Origin: Bacteroidia bacterium | Lineage (GTDB): Bacteria; Bacteroidota; Bacteroidia; AKYH767-A; JBBKVM01 | Direction of reading: 5' to 3' | NCBI GenBank assembly: GCA_037969175.1 | Contig: JBBKWX010000105.1 | Span: 3,437 to 67,436, forward strand | Length of the DNA stretch: 64,000 nt | Part shown: positions 49,856 through 60,378 of the stretch, in pieces | Layout: every line of letters starts with the position of its first letter | Position numbering within the stretch: position 1 is the stretch's first letter | The notes under the pieces: generated by a model | What the model saw: only the letters and a program-made list of their open reading frames with translations | Databases searched by the model: none | What the model was told of the DNA's origin: nothing | Position numbers and translations under genes: made by a program

Positions 49856-52051
49856 ATGAAAAAGGTCAAACTTACTATTTCTTGTTTATCACAACTGTTA
49901 TTACTTTTGTGCATTATCTCTCCATTACAGGAGTTGTCTGCTCAGGATATCCCGGATCAGAATTTAAAGGAAGTTATCATTTCAGCTACCCGTCAGGAAC
50001 AAATTCCTGATAGCATTGGAAGAAGCATAATCCTGATTACAAAAAAACAGATCGAAGAGAATCAATACAGAACACTGGGTGATGTTTTATCATCACAGAG
50101 TGGTATAAGTACCATCGGTTCCTATATGAATCCTGGGATGTCTAATAGTTTGTTCATGAGAGGAACCAACAGCAATCATACTGTTATTATGATTGATGGG
50201 GTCAGAATTACAGATCCTTCTTCTGTAAACAATGCCGGTGATCTTTCCGAGATCACTTTGGCTGGAATAGAAAAAATTGAAATAGTAAAAGGTACATCAA
50301 GTAGTTTACATGGTTCTTCAGCCATCGGAGGAGTGATCAATCTTATTACAGATCGTTCAAATAAGAAAGAAGGAATTAATACGGATGTACTCCTTCAAGC
50401 AATGGTTTTCGGAGAGTCGTCATCAGAAATAAACACAAATCTGGGACTGGGTTATAAATTTAAAAATGGGTTTTATGTTGATGGTCGATACAATCAAATC
50501 AAATCAAATGGAATTGATGCAACCGTTGATACAGTCAGTGATCCAAATGCTTATAAGAAAAGGGATCTGGATGATTATATGCATCGTGATATGATTGCCG
50601 GAGCCGGATTTTCAAGCAAAAAATTTAATGTAAATCTGAGAGTAAAAAAGACATTGAGAGAAGTAGATCTTGATAAACGAGCTTACACAGATGATGATAA
50701 TTATAAACTTGAGTTTGATAGAAATCTATTAACATATGGTTTGGCATACAATGACAAGAAATGGAAGTTGAGTCTCAATGGCGGTTATACATCTATGAAT
50801 AGAGAAGCAATAGATGACTCATCAAAAATAGATGAGCAAGGCAATTTTGATCAAACATTTGTTAAGGACAATTATGATGGAACCAATATCCATCAAGAAA
50901 TTCAAATTGATCATAAAAGATTATTTTGGAATGTAATTGCTGGTGGCACCTATGATAAAGAAACCATGTCTGCAAGGAATTACATTTACGCTAATTCCCA
51001 ATTTGGATTATATGAAGCTACATCAGATCTGGATAGTCTAAATCTTAATACAAATTCGATCGCAGTATTTTCAAGATTGGAATTGGATGGGAAATTATTT
51101 TCAAGTGCTTTAGATGGCTTAGTATTAGCGATCGGAGGAAGATCTACCCAACACAGCGAATTTGGAAATAACCTCACCTATGAAATAAATCCTTCCTACA
51201 AGCTCAATAAAGAAAGTATACTATTCATGAATATCGCATCCGGATATAACTCTCCTTCACTATATCAGTTATATGCTCCTGAGAACTATTATACATCCGC
51301 TATAACAAGAGGAAATCCTGATCTTGATCCGGAAACAAGTTTGAATTTTGAATTTGGATTTAGAAAAGTAAATGATGGTAATAGAATCAATGTTTCTATT
51401 CACCGTACTGCTATAAAAAACACGATCGAATATGTGTATTTATGGGATAAACTGACAAGTATTGAAAATCTGGGTAATGATTGGATGAGAGATGATTATC
51501 GAGGCGATGCGTATATAAATGCCGGAGAAACTGTTGTTCATGGTATTGATGTTTCTATTCAACATGAACTCAATAATAGATTAACAGCAGAAGTTGCACT
51601 AAGTCTTATTGAAGGGAATACTGAATATAAAGCATCCGATAATAATTCAGATCATACCCAGGGGAACCATGTTCAGTTATTCTCAAACGGGTCATTTCTA
51701 ACGCAGGATATTCAAATTCAAGGATTAACCCGAAGACCTTCAACCGGAAGAATTAGTTTGAACTATACCTTTAGCAAAAGCTTAAATATGAGGATGGATG
51801 TTAAGATGGTTGGAAGTAGGAATGATATTTATTATGATTCAAATCTGGGACCTTTTGGTGCCTTGTCTCAAACAGCAATTGCTACCTATACCTTGCTGGA
51901 TCTGTCAGGGAGATATAAAATAAACGATCACATTTATGCAGGATTCAAATTAGGGAATTTAACTGATGAAAAATATTCCGAGATCAGAGGATTTAGTACT
52001 TTGGGCAGAACAATTAGCCTAAGTTTAAAATACGCTTTGGCAAAGAGTTGA
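49856..52051 (+). CDS. btuB: TonB-dependent vitamin B12/corrinoid outer-membrane receptor BtuB
   Basis: Start trimmed to MKKVKLTIS (signal peptide). TonB box (EVIISAT), plug and barrel are present, and the gene follows the riboswitch. Confidence 0.8.
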   Translation: MKKVKLTISCLSQLLLLLCIISPLQELSAQDIPDQNLKEVIISATRQEQIPDSIGRSIILITKKQIEENQYRTLGDVLSSQSGISTIGSYMNPGMSNSLFMRGTNSNHTVIMIDGVRITDPSSVNNAGDLSEITLAGIEKIEIVKGTSSSLHGSSAIGGVINLITDRSNKKEGINTDVLLQAMVFGESSSEINTNLGLGYKFKNGFYVDGRYNQIKSNGIDATVDTVSDPNAYKKRDLDDYMHRDMIAGAGFSSKKFNVNLRVKKTLREVDLDKRAYTDDDNYKLEFDRNLLTYGLAYNDKKWKLSLNGGYTSMNREAIDDSSKIDEQGNFDQTFVKDNYDGTNIHQEIQIDHKRLFWNVIAGGTYDKETMSARNYIYANSQFGLYEATSDLDSLNLNTNSIAVFSRLELDGKLFSSALDGLVLAIGGRSTQHSEFGNNLTYEINPSYKLNKESILFMNIASGYNSPSLYQLYAPENYYTSAITRGNPDLDPETSLNFEFGFRKVNDGNRINVSIHRTAIKNTIEYVYLWDKLTSIENLGNDWMRDDYRGDAYINAGETVVHGIDVSIQHELNNRLTAEVALSLIEGNTEYKASDNNSDHTQGNHVQLFSNGSFLTQDIQIQGLTRRPSTGRISLNYTFSKSLNMRMDVKMVGSRNDIYYDSNLGPFGALSQTAIATYTLLDLSGRYKINDHIYAGFKLGNLTDEKYSEIRGFSTLGRTISLSLKYALAKS

Positions 52052-52053
52052 TT

Positions 52054-52596
52054 TCAGGGAATAATGATTTCAGAACTAAATTCAACATTACTTTTATGCA
52101 ATGCCCGATCATAAATGAAAAATTCAAAACGACTTGAAGGTGAAAATCCCAAGGTATTAATTTCTGTAGAAACGGTTCCTTTAATAGCTTTTATTCTTCC
52201 GCTAGATTCGATGAAAGGCATACGATATCTAAAACGAAGTGGTTCATAAATCACTATTTGAATCGTATCTCCGGAAGGAGTTATTGAGTCTTTTTGAATT
52301 GGTAATAATTTGGGTATAAAAACTCCATTTACCTTTTCCTGGTAAGTCATCACTAAATTATAATAGAATTCACCGGTGAACGGAGCAGCAGTTTCATTTT
52401 GTTTTAAACCAATATCTCCATCACCATCTGTAAAGCTAAATACTAATGTAATTGTAGAATCCTTGCCGGAGACGTCCCTATTTACAACACTACTTTCATA
52501 TGTAATTACGGGCTCGATCGGAAAATTTTCAGTCTTACGGCAACCTGAATTAATGATCGTAACGAAAGATAAAACGAAAATTATATATTTCTTCAT
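52054..52596 (-). CDS. Hypothetical lipoprotein
   Basis: Lipobox IINSGC, 180 aa, convergent with btuB. Confidence 0.5.
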   Translation of the reverse strand: MKKYIIFVLSFVTIINSGCRKTENFPIEPVITYESSVVNRDVSGKDSTITLVFSFTDGDGDIGLKQNETAAPFTGEFYYNLVMTYQEKVNGVFIPKLLPIQKDSITPSGDTIQIVIYEPLRFRYRMPFIESSGRIKAIKGTVSTEINTLGFSPSSRFEFFIYDRALHKSNVEFSSEIIIP

Positions 52597-52676
52597 TTAG
52601 ATAATATCTGTCATAAAATTACTAAATTATTCTCTGAATATATTTTCAAACAAACAAAATCGCAAAAACCAACAAA

Positions 52677-53192
52677 ATGGCACTCATACTCCCTGTAAAA
52701 GGAATACATCCACAATTTGGAAAAGATTGTTACATAGCTGATAACGCTACCATCGTAGGAGATGTTGTCATGGGGGATGATTGCAGCATTTGGTTCAATG
52801 CTGTAGTTCGGGGAGATGTTAACTCAATCCGAATTGGAAATAAGGTTAATATTCAGGATGGTGCAGTGATCCATTGCACATACCAAAAAGCTGCTACAAC
52901 TATAGGTAACAACGTTTCTATTGGTCATAATGCACTGGTACATGGCTGTACGCTAGAAGACAACGTATTAATAGGTATGGGAGCAATTGTGATGGATAAT
53001 GTTGTGGTAGAAAAAAATTCTTTGATCGCAGCCGGTGCAGTTGTTCTTGAAAATACAAGAGTTGAATCCGGGTCAATATATGCCGGGGTTCCTGCTCGCA
53101 AAGTAAAACAAATGACTGAAGAACATTTTAAGACTTTGAACGAACGAATATCTGATAATTATGTGATGTATGCAGGGTGGTTCAAAGAATAA
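52677..53192 (+). CDS. Gamma-class carbonic anhydrase / PaaY-like hexapeptide-repeat protein
   Basis: Left-handed beta-helix hexapeptide repeats with a conserved His triad pattern (IHCTY..., GHNALVHG). Confidence 0.8.
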   Translation: MALILPVKGIHPQFGKDCYIADNATIVGDVVMGDDCSIWFNAVVRGDVNSIRIGNKVNIQDGAVIHCTYQKAATTIGNNVSIGHNALVHGCTLEDNVLIGMGAIVMDNVVVEKNSLIAAGAVVLENTRVESGSIYAGVPARKVKQMTEEHFKTLNERISDNYVMYAGWFKE

Positions 53193-53193
53193 A

Positions 53194-54009
53194 TCAATCT
53201 TTCCAAAGATGAAAAGGTTCAAGTTTTATTCTTCCTTTAAAGAATATTCTTGAGCTTTTTTCGAATGAAGTTGTGAAATCGGAAATATAAAAATGATGCG
53301 GATTTCTTGTTTTTTTATTCAATAGTCCTGTCTCTTCAAGATCGTTCATGACATATTTAGCAACTATTTCAGCTGAATCAATTATTGTCACTTTCCCCTT
53401 GTAATATTCCTCTATCTCTAATTTTATCAAAGGATAATGGGTACATGCCAGAATCAATGCCTCTACACCTTTTAGTTTCCTATTCACTAGATAAGAATTG
53501 ATAACTGTTCTGCTGATCTTATTATTAAAAAACCCTTCCTCGACCATAGGAGCCAGCAATGGTGTTGCAAGACTACCCACATGGATACTTGCATCCATTT
53601 GGAGAAGTTTCATCGCATACACATCAGACTTTATTGTCCCTTTCGTTCCAATTACCCCAACCTTTCCACCCGGAAAAGTCTTTGCTACTTCAGCTACCAC
53701 AGGATCGATTACATTGATAACTTTTGCACGGGAGCCAACATGTTCCTTTACGGCATTGAATGCATGTGAGGAGGCCGTATTACAAGCGATAACGATCATC
53801 TTAGCTCCTCTTTCTAGTAAAAAATCGCTGATCTTTATGGAATATGATCTTATTGCTTCGGGGGATTTTTCACCGTATGGAAAATGTGCTGTGTCTCCAA
53901 AATATAGTAGACTCTCGTTAGGTAACTCAGCTTTTATTGCGTTAGCTACAGTCAGCCCACCTATTCCTGAATCAAAAATACCAATTGGCGATCGAGTGCT
54001 TGGCTTCAT
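53194..54009 (-). CDS. murI: Glutamate racemase
   Basis: GIFDSGIGGLTV, ACNTAS and CTHYPL motifs. Confidence 0.92.
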   Translation of the reverse strand: MKPSTRSPIGIFDSGIGGLTVANAIKAELPNESLLYFGDTAHFPYGEKSPEAIRSYSIKISDFLLERGAKMIVIACNTASSHAFNAVKEHVGSRAKVINVIDPVVAEVAKTFPGGKVGVIGTKGTIKSDVYAMKLLQMDASIHVGSLATPLLAPMVEEGFFNNKISRTVINSYLVNRKLKGVEALILACTHYPLIKLEIEEYYKGKVTIIDSAEIVAKYVMNDLEETGLLNKKTRNPHHFYISDFTTSFEKSSRIFFKGRIKLEPFHLWKD

Positions 54010-54075
54010 GAGGACAATATAAAAAAAAACATCCCGCGTTGGTATATCGCAGGAAGTTTTTGAAATTATTCCGTA

Positions 54076-54585
54076 TTATTTTAAACCCATTTTTTGTTTC
54101 ACCAAACTCATGATGTTATCAGAATCTTGTGCGAACAAAACAGTTCCTGCGCTTGTGTCAAGTATGTATGAGTAACTTTTCTCTTTAGCAACATCTTTGA
54201 TTGCTTTTTCAGCAGCGTCCAGAATTGGAGTGTATAATTCTTCTTTCTTTTTTTGAATACTTTGCTGTGCACTCTCCTGAAAATCCTGAATACGATTCTC
54301 CAGATCTCCTATCTCTTTTATTTTTGCATTACGCACAGCATCAGGGAATGTAGCTTCCTTAGCTTGAAAATCAGACATTTTGCCTTGATATTCTGCTGTC
54401 ATCGCTTTAAGCTGAGCTTCAAGTGCCTGTCCATATTTTTGCAAAGATGAATCAGCAGCTTTGGTACTCGGAAGCATGGATAACAATTCAGTTGAATTGA
54501 TATGACCAAACTTTAGGTTTTGTGCTTGAGAAATACCACTGATCAACATTAACATTGCAAAAGCAACAAGATGAATTCTTTTCAT
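54076..54585 (-). CDS. skp: OmpH/Skp-family periplasmic chaperone
   Basis: Signal peptide and coiled-coil Skp pattern, 169 aa. Confidence 0.8.
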   Translation of the reverse strand: MKRIHLVAFAMLMLISGISQAQNLKFGHINSTELLSMLPSTKAADSSLQKYGQALEAQLKAMTAEYQGKMSDFQAKEATFPDAVRNAKIKEIGDLENRIQDFQESAQQSIQKKKEELYTPILDAAEKAIKDVAKEKSYSYILDTSAGTVLFAQDSDNIMSLVKQKMGLK

Positions 54586-54615
54586 GAAAAGTTTTTTTTA
54601 GTTTAATTAATAAAA

Positions 54616-55218
54616 TTATTTTTTTTCAGTTCCCCCACCCCCAGTTGAACCACCAGAAGGAGTTGCGTTGGTGCCCGACTTGGATCCACTAACATCTCCT
54701 GCACTGTAACCCATTGCCTTTAAGATTTCATCACTTTTGTCGTATTTAACATTTGTATAAAGCATGATGAGGTCACTTGACTTGTCAAAGATAAAGGCAT
54801 AACTATTATCCTCAGCGTATTTTTTTACGGCATTAAAAATCTTGTCCTGAATTGGTTTAACCAACTCTTGTTTCTTTTTATAAAGATCACCTTCATATCC
54901 AAATTTTTGTTTTTGATATTCTTTGACATCTTTTTCTTTATTCATTACTTCATCTTCTCTTTTTTTGCGCATTTCTTCAGTCAGCAATACTTGCTCGGCC
55001 TGATACGTTTTGTAGAGTTTTTCGATGGTTGCGTACTTAGACTCGATCTCTTTCTGCCATTGAACCGATAACTGGTCTAATTGCTGTTGAGCTGATTTAT
55101 ATTCAGCAATATTATCGAGGATATATTGTGTATCCACGTAACATGATTTTTGTGCTTTAAGTTCAACTGAGTTGAAAATTGCGGCTGTCAAAGCAACGAT
55201 AGCGATAATTTTTTTCAT
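54616..55218 (-). CDS. skp: OmpH/Skp-family periplasmic chaperone (second paralog, Gly/Ser-rich C-terminal tail)
   Basis: Signal peptide and coiled coil, 200 aa, adjacent to bamA. Confidence 0.8.
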   Translation of the reverse strand: MKKIIAIVALTAAIFNSVELKAQKSCYVDTQYILDNIAEYKSAQQQLDQLSVQWQKEIESKYATIEKLYKTYQAEQVLLTEEMRKKREDEVMNKEKDVKEYQKQKFGYEGDLYKKKQELVKPIQDKIFNAVKKYAEDNSYAFIFDKSSDLIMLYTNVKYDKSDEILKAMGYSAGDVSGSKSGTNATPSGGSTGGGGTEKK

Positions 55219-55236
55219 GTTAATTCTATTTAATAT

Positions 55237-57711
55237 TTAAAACTGCTGTCCAATTGAGAAATGAAACTCCCCGGATTTTCCAAGTTTACTTGAGATATCA
55301 TCGAAAGGTATTCCATAATCAAGACCTAATAAACCAAACATGGGAAGATAAATTCTTAAACCAATACCTGCAGAACGCTTCATATCAAATGGGTCAAAAT
55401 CTACAGGACGATACCATGAATTTCCACCTTCAACAAACGCTAGTCCATAAACAGTTGCGGATGGATTTAGTGATACAGGATAACGCATTTCGAAAGTAAA
55501 TTTGTCAAAAACTGTGCCACCAGCCGATGGAGACAGGCTATTATTCGGATATCCACGTAAGCCGATGATCTCTCTTCCATCCAATGCAAAACCTGATAAA
55601 CCGTCACCTCCAAGATAAAATCTCTCAAAGGGTGCTTGTCCCAAAGCCCCGGAATACAATCCTAAAATACCGAAGTTTGCTTTTACATTCAACACCAGAT
55701 TTCCTACAAGTTTTGTTACCCATGAAGAAGTGAATTTCCATTTATGAAACTCTATCCATTTGTATTTTTCCTGAGCACTTAGCGTAGAATAGTCTTTATC
55801 AGAGAACAAGGAATAAGGAGGTGTAAATTGAGCACTTATACTAAATTGACTTCCAGATCTTGGATAGATTGGCTGATCGATCGAGCTTCTTGTTATACTG
55901 GTTCTGAAATTAAGATTGTTTGCGTAACCATTACTAAACAAAAATGAAGTTGCATAATTATCCAGGTTATAGTTTTGAAAAGATACTTCATTGTAAATAG
56001 AGAAGTAATCATCCGGCCAGGTCAATCTTTTACCCAACCCCAATGAAGCTCCACTAATTACTATAGATTGGCGTGACGCATCTCCTCTGCTTACTCCATT
56101 AGATTGTATGGAATGGAATACCGAAACACTAAGCGAATTCGGTTTTTTACCACCAAGCCAGGGTTCTGTGAAAGAAGCATTGTATGATTGATAAAACTTG
56201 CCATTTGTTTGTCCACGCAGTGATAATCTTTGACCGTCACCTGAAGGAAGTGGTGTCCATGCACCTCTGTTAAAGAAGTTCCTTGCCGAGAAGTTATTGA
56301 ACGAGACACCGAGTGTTCCAACAAGTTGCCCTGCTCCCCAACCACCTGAAACTTCAATCTGATCGGATGCTTTTTCTTCCACTTCGTATTCGATATCAAC
56401 TGTTCCGTCGGCCGGATTTGGTTTTGGAGTAACGTTAAGTTTTTCAGCATTAAAAAATCCTAGCTGAGCAAGTTCTCTTTGGGTTCTGATGATATCACTC
56501 CTATTAAACAATTGTCCGGGTCTTGTCCTGATCTCACGCATAACCACCCTATCATTGGTCTTTGTATTTCCTTTGACAGTAACTTTATTGATTCTGGCTT
56601 GTTTTCCTTCATAGATCCTCATTTCAACATCTATCGAATCTCCTGCCACCTGAATCTCAACCGGAGTTACCTGAAAAAATAAATAACCATCATCCATATA
56701 AAGAGATGTTATGTCTTTACTGCTTGGATTTAGGTAAAGGTTAGCTTCCAGTAAAGTTTGACTATACAGATCTCCTTTTTTTATTCCCAAAATGGCATCA
56801 AGTTCTTCATCTGTATATTTTGTATTACCAAGCCAGGTGATTTCCCTGAAGTAATACTTCATTCCCTCATCAATTTTGATATCAATATTGATGGTCTTGC
56901 TATTATGTGAATAGACGGTATCTGAAACGATCATCGCATCTCTGTATCCCTTGCCTTGATACTTAGACAATACTTTCTTCTTATCTTTTTCGTAATTATC
57001 TTCCAGGAATTTGGATGCAGTGAATACCCTATAAAACAATTTTTGCTTGGTATCTTTCATCGCACCTCTCAGTTTTTTGTCACTGAAAACGGTGTTGCCT
57101 TCAAAATTTATCCTATGAATCTTTATCTTTTTCTGTTTATCTACTACGACGCGTAATATTTTACTATTGATCCCGGTTGAATCTACTTCTTCTTCGATCT
57201 TGACAGAAGCATTCAAATATCCTTTATCACGATAATAAGTTTCAACCTTATCGATGGTAGTTACGATCAGGTTTTCAGTAATCACTTTTCCTCTCGAAAG
57301 GTTGATTATTTCTCTGATCTTATCAGCTTCTGATTTGGAAGCACCTGAAAATGCGAACTTCGAAAGCCTTGGTCTTTCCAATAGCTGCAAATCAAGAAAT
57401 ATTATATTCCCCTGAATCTTGGAAGCAATAATTGACACATCTGCAAACAAACCCTGTTTCCAAAGATTATCTATAGCTTGGGAGACCTTTTCTCCCGGAA
57501 TTTTAATTGTTTGGCCAACCTTCAGGCCTGAAACTGTGATTAATACTTGTTCATCTAAAGTTTGGGTGCCGGTCACGGTAATGCCACCAATCTCATATTC
57601 TTTTGGGCTGCTATAATCAAACTGGTCTTCAGAACCAACTGAGATCTGAGCCCAAGAAGTATTTAGTCCAAAACATATTAATGCAAAAACGGAGGCAATC
57701 TTTTTCATCAT
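55237..57711 (-). CDS. bamA: Outer-membrane protein assembly factor BamA
   Basis: Five POTRA repeats, Omp85 barrel, C-terminal ...FHFSIGQQF. Start trimmed to MMKKIA. Confidence 0.92.
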   Translation of the reverse strand: MMKKIASVFALICFGLNTSWAQISVGSEDQFDYSSPKEYEIGGITVTGTQTLDEQVLITVSGLKVGQTIKIPGEKVSQAIDNLWKQGLFADVSIIASKIQGNIIFLDLQLLERPRLSKFAFSGASKSEADKIREIINLSRGKVITENLIVTTIDKVETYYRDKGYLNASVKIEEEVDSTGINSKILRVVVDKQKKIKIHRINFEGNTVFSDKKLRGAMKDTKQKLFYRVFTASKFLEDNYEKDKKKVLSKYQGKGYRDAMIVSDTVYSHNSKTINIDIKIDEGMKYYFREITWLGNTKYTDEELDAILGIKKGDLYSQTLLEANLYLNPSSKDITSLYMDDGYLFFQVTPVEIQVAGDSIDVEMRIYEGKQARINKVTVKGNTKTNDRVVMREIRTRPGQLFNRSDIIRTQRELAQLGFFNAEKLNVTPKPNPADGTVDIEYEVEEKASDQIEVSGGWGAGQLVGTLGVSFNNFSARNFFNRGAWTPLPSGDGQRLSLRGQTNGKFYQSYNASFTEPWLGGKKPNSLSVSVFHSIQSNGVSRGDASRQSIVISGASLGLGKRLTWPDDYFSIYNEVSFQNYNLDNYATSFLFSNGYANNLNFRTSITRSSIDQPIYPRSGSQFSISAQFTPPYSLFSDKDYSTLSAQEKYKWIEFHKWKFTSSWVTKLVGNLVLNVKANFGILGLYSGALGQAPFERFYLGGDGLSGFALDGREIIGLRGYPNNSLSPSAGGTVFDKFTFEMRYPVSLNPSATVYGLAFVEGGNSWYRPVDFDPFDMKRSAGIGLRIYLPMFGLLGLDYGIPFDDISSKLGKSGEFHFSIGQQF

Positions 57712-57712
57712 C

Positions 57713-58459
57713 TTAACTAGGTGTAATTTGCTCACTTGTCATTCCAAACCTTCTTTCTCTTTGCTGATAGCTAACTATCGCTTCATAAAGATCTTCCTTT
57801 CGGAAATCGGGCCAGAGTTTATTTGTAAAGTATAACTCTGTATAGGCGATCTGCCATAGTAAAAAGTTACTAATTCTATATTCGCCACTTGTACGAATCA
57901 TCAATTCGGGATCAGGAATATTTGATGTACTTAAGTATTCAATAAATTTCTTTTCGTCAATTTGTTCCGGATCTAACTTACCTGAAACAGCATCCTGTGC
58001 AATTTGTTTTGCTGCATTCAACAATTCCCATCTGGAGCTATAACTCAAAGCTACGACCAAGGTCATTCTTTTGTTATTGGCTGTAAATTCCATTGCTTCT
58101 TTCAATTCTCTTCTGCACTTCTCCGGCAATGCGTTCAAATCACCAATTACATCTAAACGAATCTCATTTTTCATCAAGGTCTTTCTTTCTTTATTGATTG
58201 CAGAGACTAACAATTCCATCAGCATATCAACTTCGATCCTTGGTCTATTCCAATTCTCGGTTGAGAAAGCGTAAAGTGTCAAATATTTGACACCTAATTC
58301 TGCAGCTCCTTCAACCGTTTGCTTAACAGCCTCCACTCCATTCTTATGCCCAAAAGTTCTGAGTTTTCCACGTTGTCGAGCCCAGCGGCCATTACCATCC
58401 ATGATGATAGCAATATGCCCGGGTATTCGGGTTTCGTCAATTTTATCTTTAAAACTCAT
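57713..58459 (-). CDS. uppS: Isoprenyl transferase (undecaprenyl-diphosphate synthase)
   Basis: [13 protein letters not shown] and the cis-prenyltransferase core. Confidence 0.93.
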   Translation of the reverse strand: MSFKDKIDETRIPGHIAIIMDGNGRWARQRGKLRTFGHKNGVEAVKQTVEGAAELGVKYLTLYAFSTENWNRPRIEVDMLMELLVSAINKERKTLMKNEIRLDVIGDLNALPEKCRRELKEAMEFTANNKRMTLVVALSYSSRWELLNAAKQIAQDAVSGKLDPEQIDEKKFIEYLSTSNIPDPELMIRTSGEYRISNFLLWQIAYTELYFTNKLWPDFRKEDLYEAIVSYQQRERRFGMTSEQITPS

Positions 58460-58522
58460 AGGAGGCTCAAAAGCGGGTGCAAGTTAATAAAATCAATGCA
58501 ATGGAAGGCTTAAGATTCAGAC

Positions 58523-59350
58523 TCATTTGAACGAATCGCAATCTATTTTATTGGGATTTCCCAATCTTATTGCAAGACTAATTCCTGCGATCATATATCT
58601 GTCAGGGTTTGTAGAATTACCCCTTTGTTTCCCGTCATAATTATCATTTTGAGCATTCTGAGATCTGTCGCTTAGAATATATGATTCCGGCCCGTTTTCA
58701 GCTAATAATATGGATCTGTCTACATAAGTTGTACTCACATCATCCAGATAATCTGTGAATGCCTGTCTGATCCCCAATTCAAGATTCACTCCTATCCTTT
58801 TACTCAAACTAAATTTGAGTCCTCCGCCCATGATCAAAGATCCTTGGGTCAATTTATACTTTTCTCGATCCGGATAGGCTGATGTGCCCTGGCCTTCAGT
58901 GCCTAAAGGCTGTAATTCTATCCATTCATCATTTAACTCAGCCTCAGGTTTATATCCAAAAACAGAGAATCCGGAAAAAATGAAAGGGGTAAATGGCCAA
59001 TCTGTATTTCCAATAAAAAAGGGAAAAAAATTAAACTCAACCACACCGGCTAATTCTGTAATATTAGATCTAAAGGATAGATTTCTGACCCTGTCGTATA
59101 AATAATTTGAGTTCGAATCAGCTCCACTGATCTTTGCCCTGTTCAGTGCAAGTTTAAGTGAATAATGCGGATTTATATTATACCTGTATTGCAGACCATA
59201 GGCCAGGTGCATCTCTTTGGTATCAAACAGATTATTATTCAACTCACCTTTATATGATGAAGCTCCACCGAACAAGACTATTTCATGTCGCTGTCCATAT
59301 GTGGTAAGCGAAATCAAACTAAAAAATAAAATAATGCTGAAGTTTTTCAT
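58523..59350 (-). CDS. DUF6089-family outer-membrane beta-barrel protein
   Basis: Signal peptide and beta-barrel pattern; paralog of the next gene (shared ...TDYLDDVSTTYVD... motif). Confidence 0.6.
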   Translation of the reverse strand: MKNFSIILFFSLISLTTYGQRHEIVLFGGASSYKGELNNNLFDTKEMHLAYGLQYRYNINPHYSLKLALNRAKISGADSNSNYLYDRVRNLSFRSNITELAGVVEFNFFPFFIGNTDWPFTPFIFSGFSVFGYKPEAELNDEWIELQPLGTEGQGTSAYPDREKYKLTQGSLIMGGGLKFSLSKRIGVNLELGIRQAFTDYLDDVSTTYVDRSILLAENGPESYILSDRSQNAQNDNYDGKQRGNSTNPDRYMIAGISLAIRLGNPNKIDCDSFK

Positions 59351-59404
59351 GAAGCAGTTTTCCTGCTTAAGAATACGTAAGTAAAAAGCAAATTATTGTA
59401 CAGA

Positions 59405-60316
59405 TCAAAATCTGGGAAAAAGATCCCTTCCGGTTAATATTTTGTAATTAATATTAATCACACCAAACATATAAGAATCTTTATCTCTTGGATCACCTCT
59501 TTGTGCCCCGGGAGATGTGATACTTGGAAATTCCCCATCAGAGCGATCTGCAAGTGCAGCTGCCAGAGGTCCTTCCGTTTGAAGTATCAGGTTATTATCA
59601 TAATAAGTTCTGCTAACATCATCGATATAGTCGGTGAATGTTTTACGTAGACCCAATTCCAGGCCTAATCCCCAACGACGGTCAAAAGTATATTTGAAAC
59701 CAAGGCCGATGGGCAAGGCAATTTGTATTCTGCTATATGGTTCCCGGTTTGCAAAGTGTGTTTGTCCTTCAGTATGTAAAGGCTGAAGATCATACCACTT
59801 GCCACCAATTTGAGCCTGAGGGTTAAAATAAAATACGCCAATACCACCGAAAGTATAAACATACATCTCATATCCTCTTGAACCTCTGATTCCTCTGAGA
59901 CGATATCTGGCTCCAAATCGTTCTTTCATGAAAGACGCTTCAAAATTAGTACTCAGCTCTAATATATTAGATCGGAAAGAAAGATTACGGTAGTTTCGAA
60001 AAAACTCAGTTGTAAGTTTATCATCGCCAGTCACTTTACCATAAGTGAATTTTGTGTTTATAGCAAAATACTCGGTTAGTTTGTAACGCAAACCTACCAC
60101 AGCTGCCATTCGGGTTTGGTTAAACTCAAGATCTTTAAAATAATTGGTACCAATTTGATTGGCCCCACCCAATTCACCGAGAAAGTTAGAAGCGCCTAAA
60201 CCAAGATGGGCTTCCATTCTATAGGATTTCCAACGATTAGATTTACGATATTTCTTCTGAGCAAAAGAAACAACAGGCATTATTGCAACCAGGAGCAGAA
60301 TTAGTATTTTTCTCAT
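59405..60316 (-). CDS. DUF6089-family outer-membrane beta-barrel protein (tandem paralog)
   Basis: Signal peptide; shares TFTDYIDDVSRTYYD and other blocks with the 58523-59350 protein. Confidence 0.6.
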   Translation of the reverse strand: MRKILILLLVAIMPVVSFAQKKYRKSNRWKSYRMEAHLGLGASNFLGELGGANQIGTNYFKDLEFNQTRMAAVVGLRYKLTEYFAINTKFTYGKVTGDDKLTTEFFRNYRNLSFRSNILELSTNFEASFMKERFGARYRLRGIRGSRGYEMYVYTFGGIGVFYFNPQAQIGGKWYDLQPLHTEGQTHFANREPYSRIQIALPIGLGFKYTFDRRWGLGLELGLRKTFTDYIDDVSRTYYDNNLILQTEGPLAAALADRSDGEFPSITSPGAQRGDPRDKDSYMFGVININYKILTGRDLFPRF

Positions 60317-60378
60317 ATCAATGTGGCAGTAAACAGCAAATATAATATAAATTGTTTGTCTCTAGCGAGGGTTTCAGG

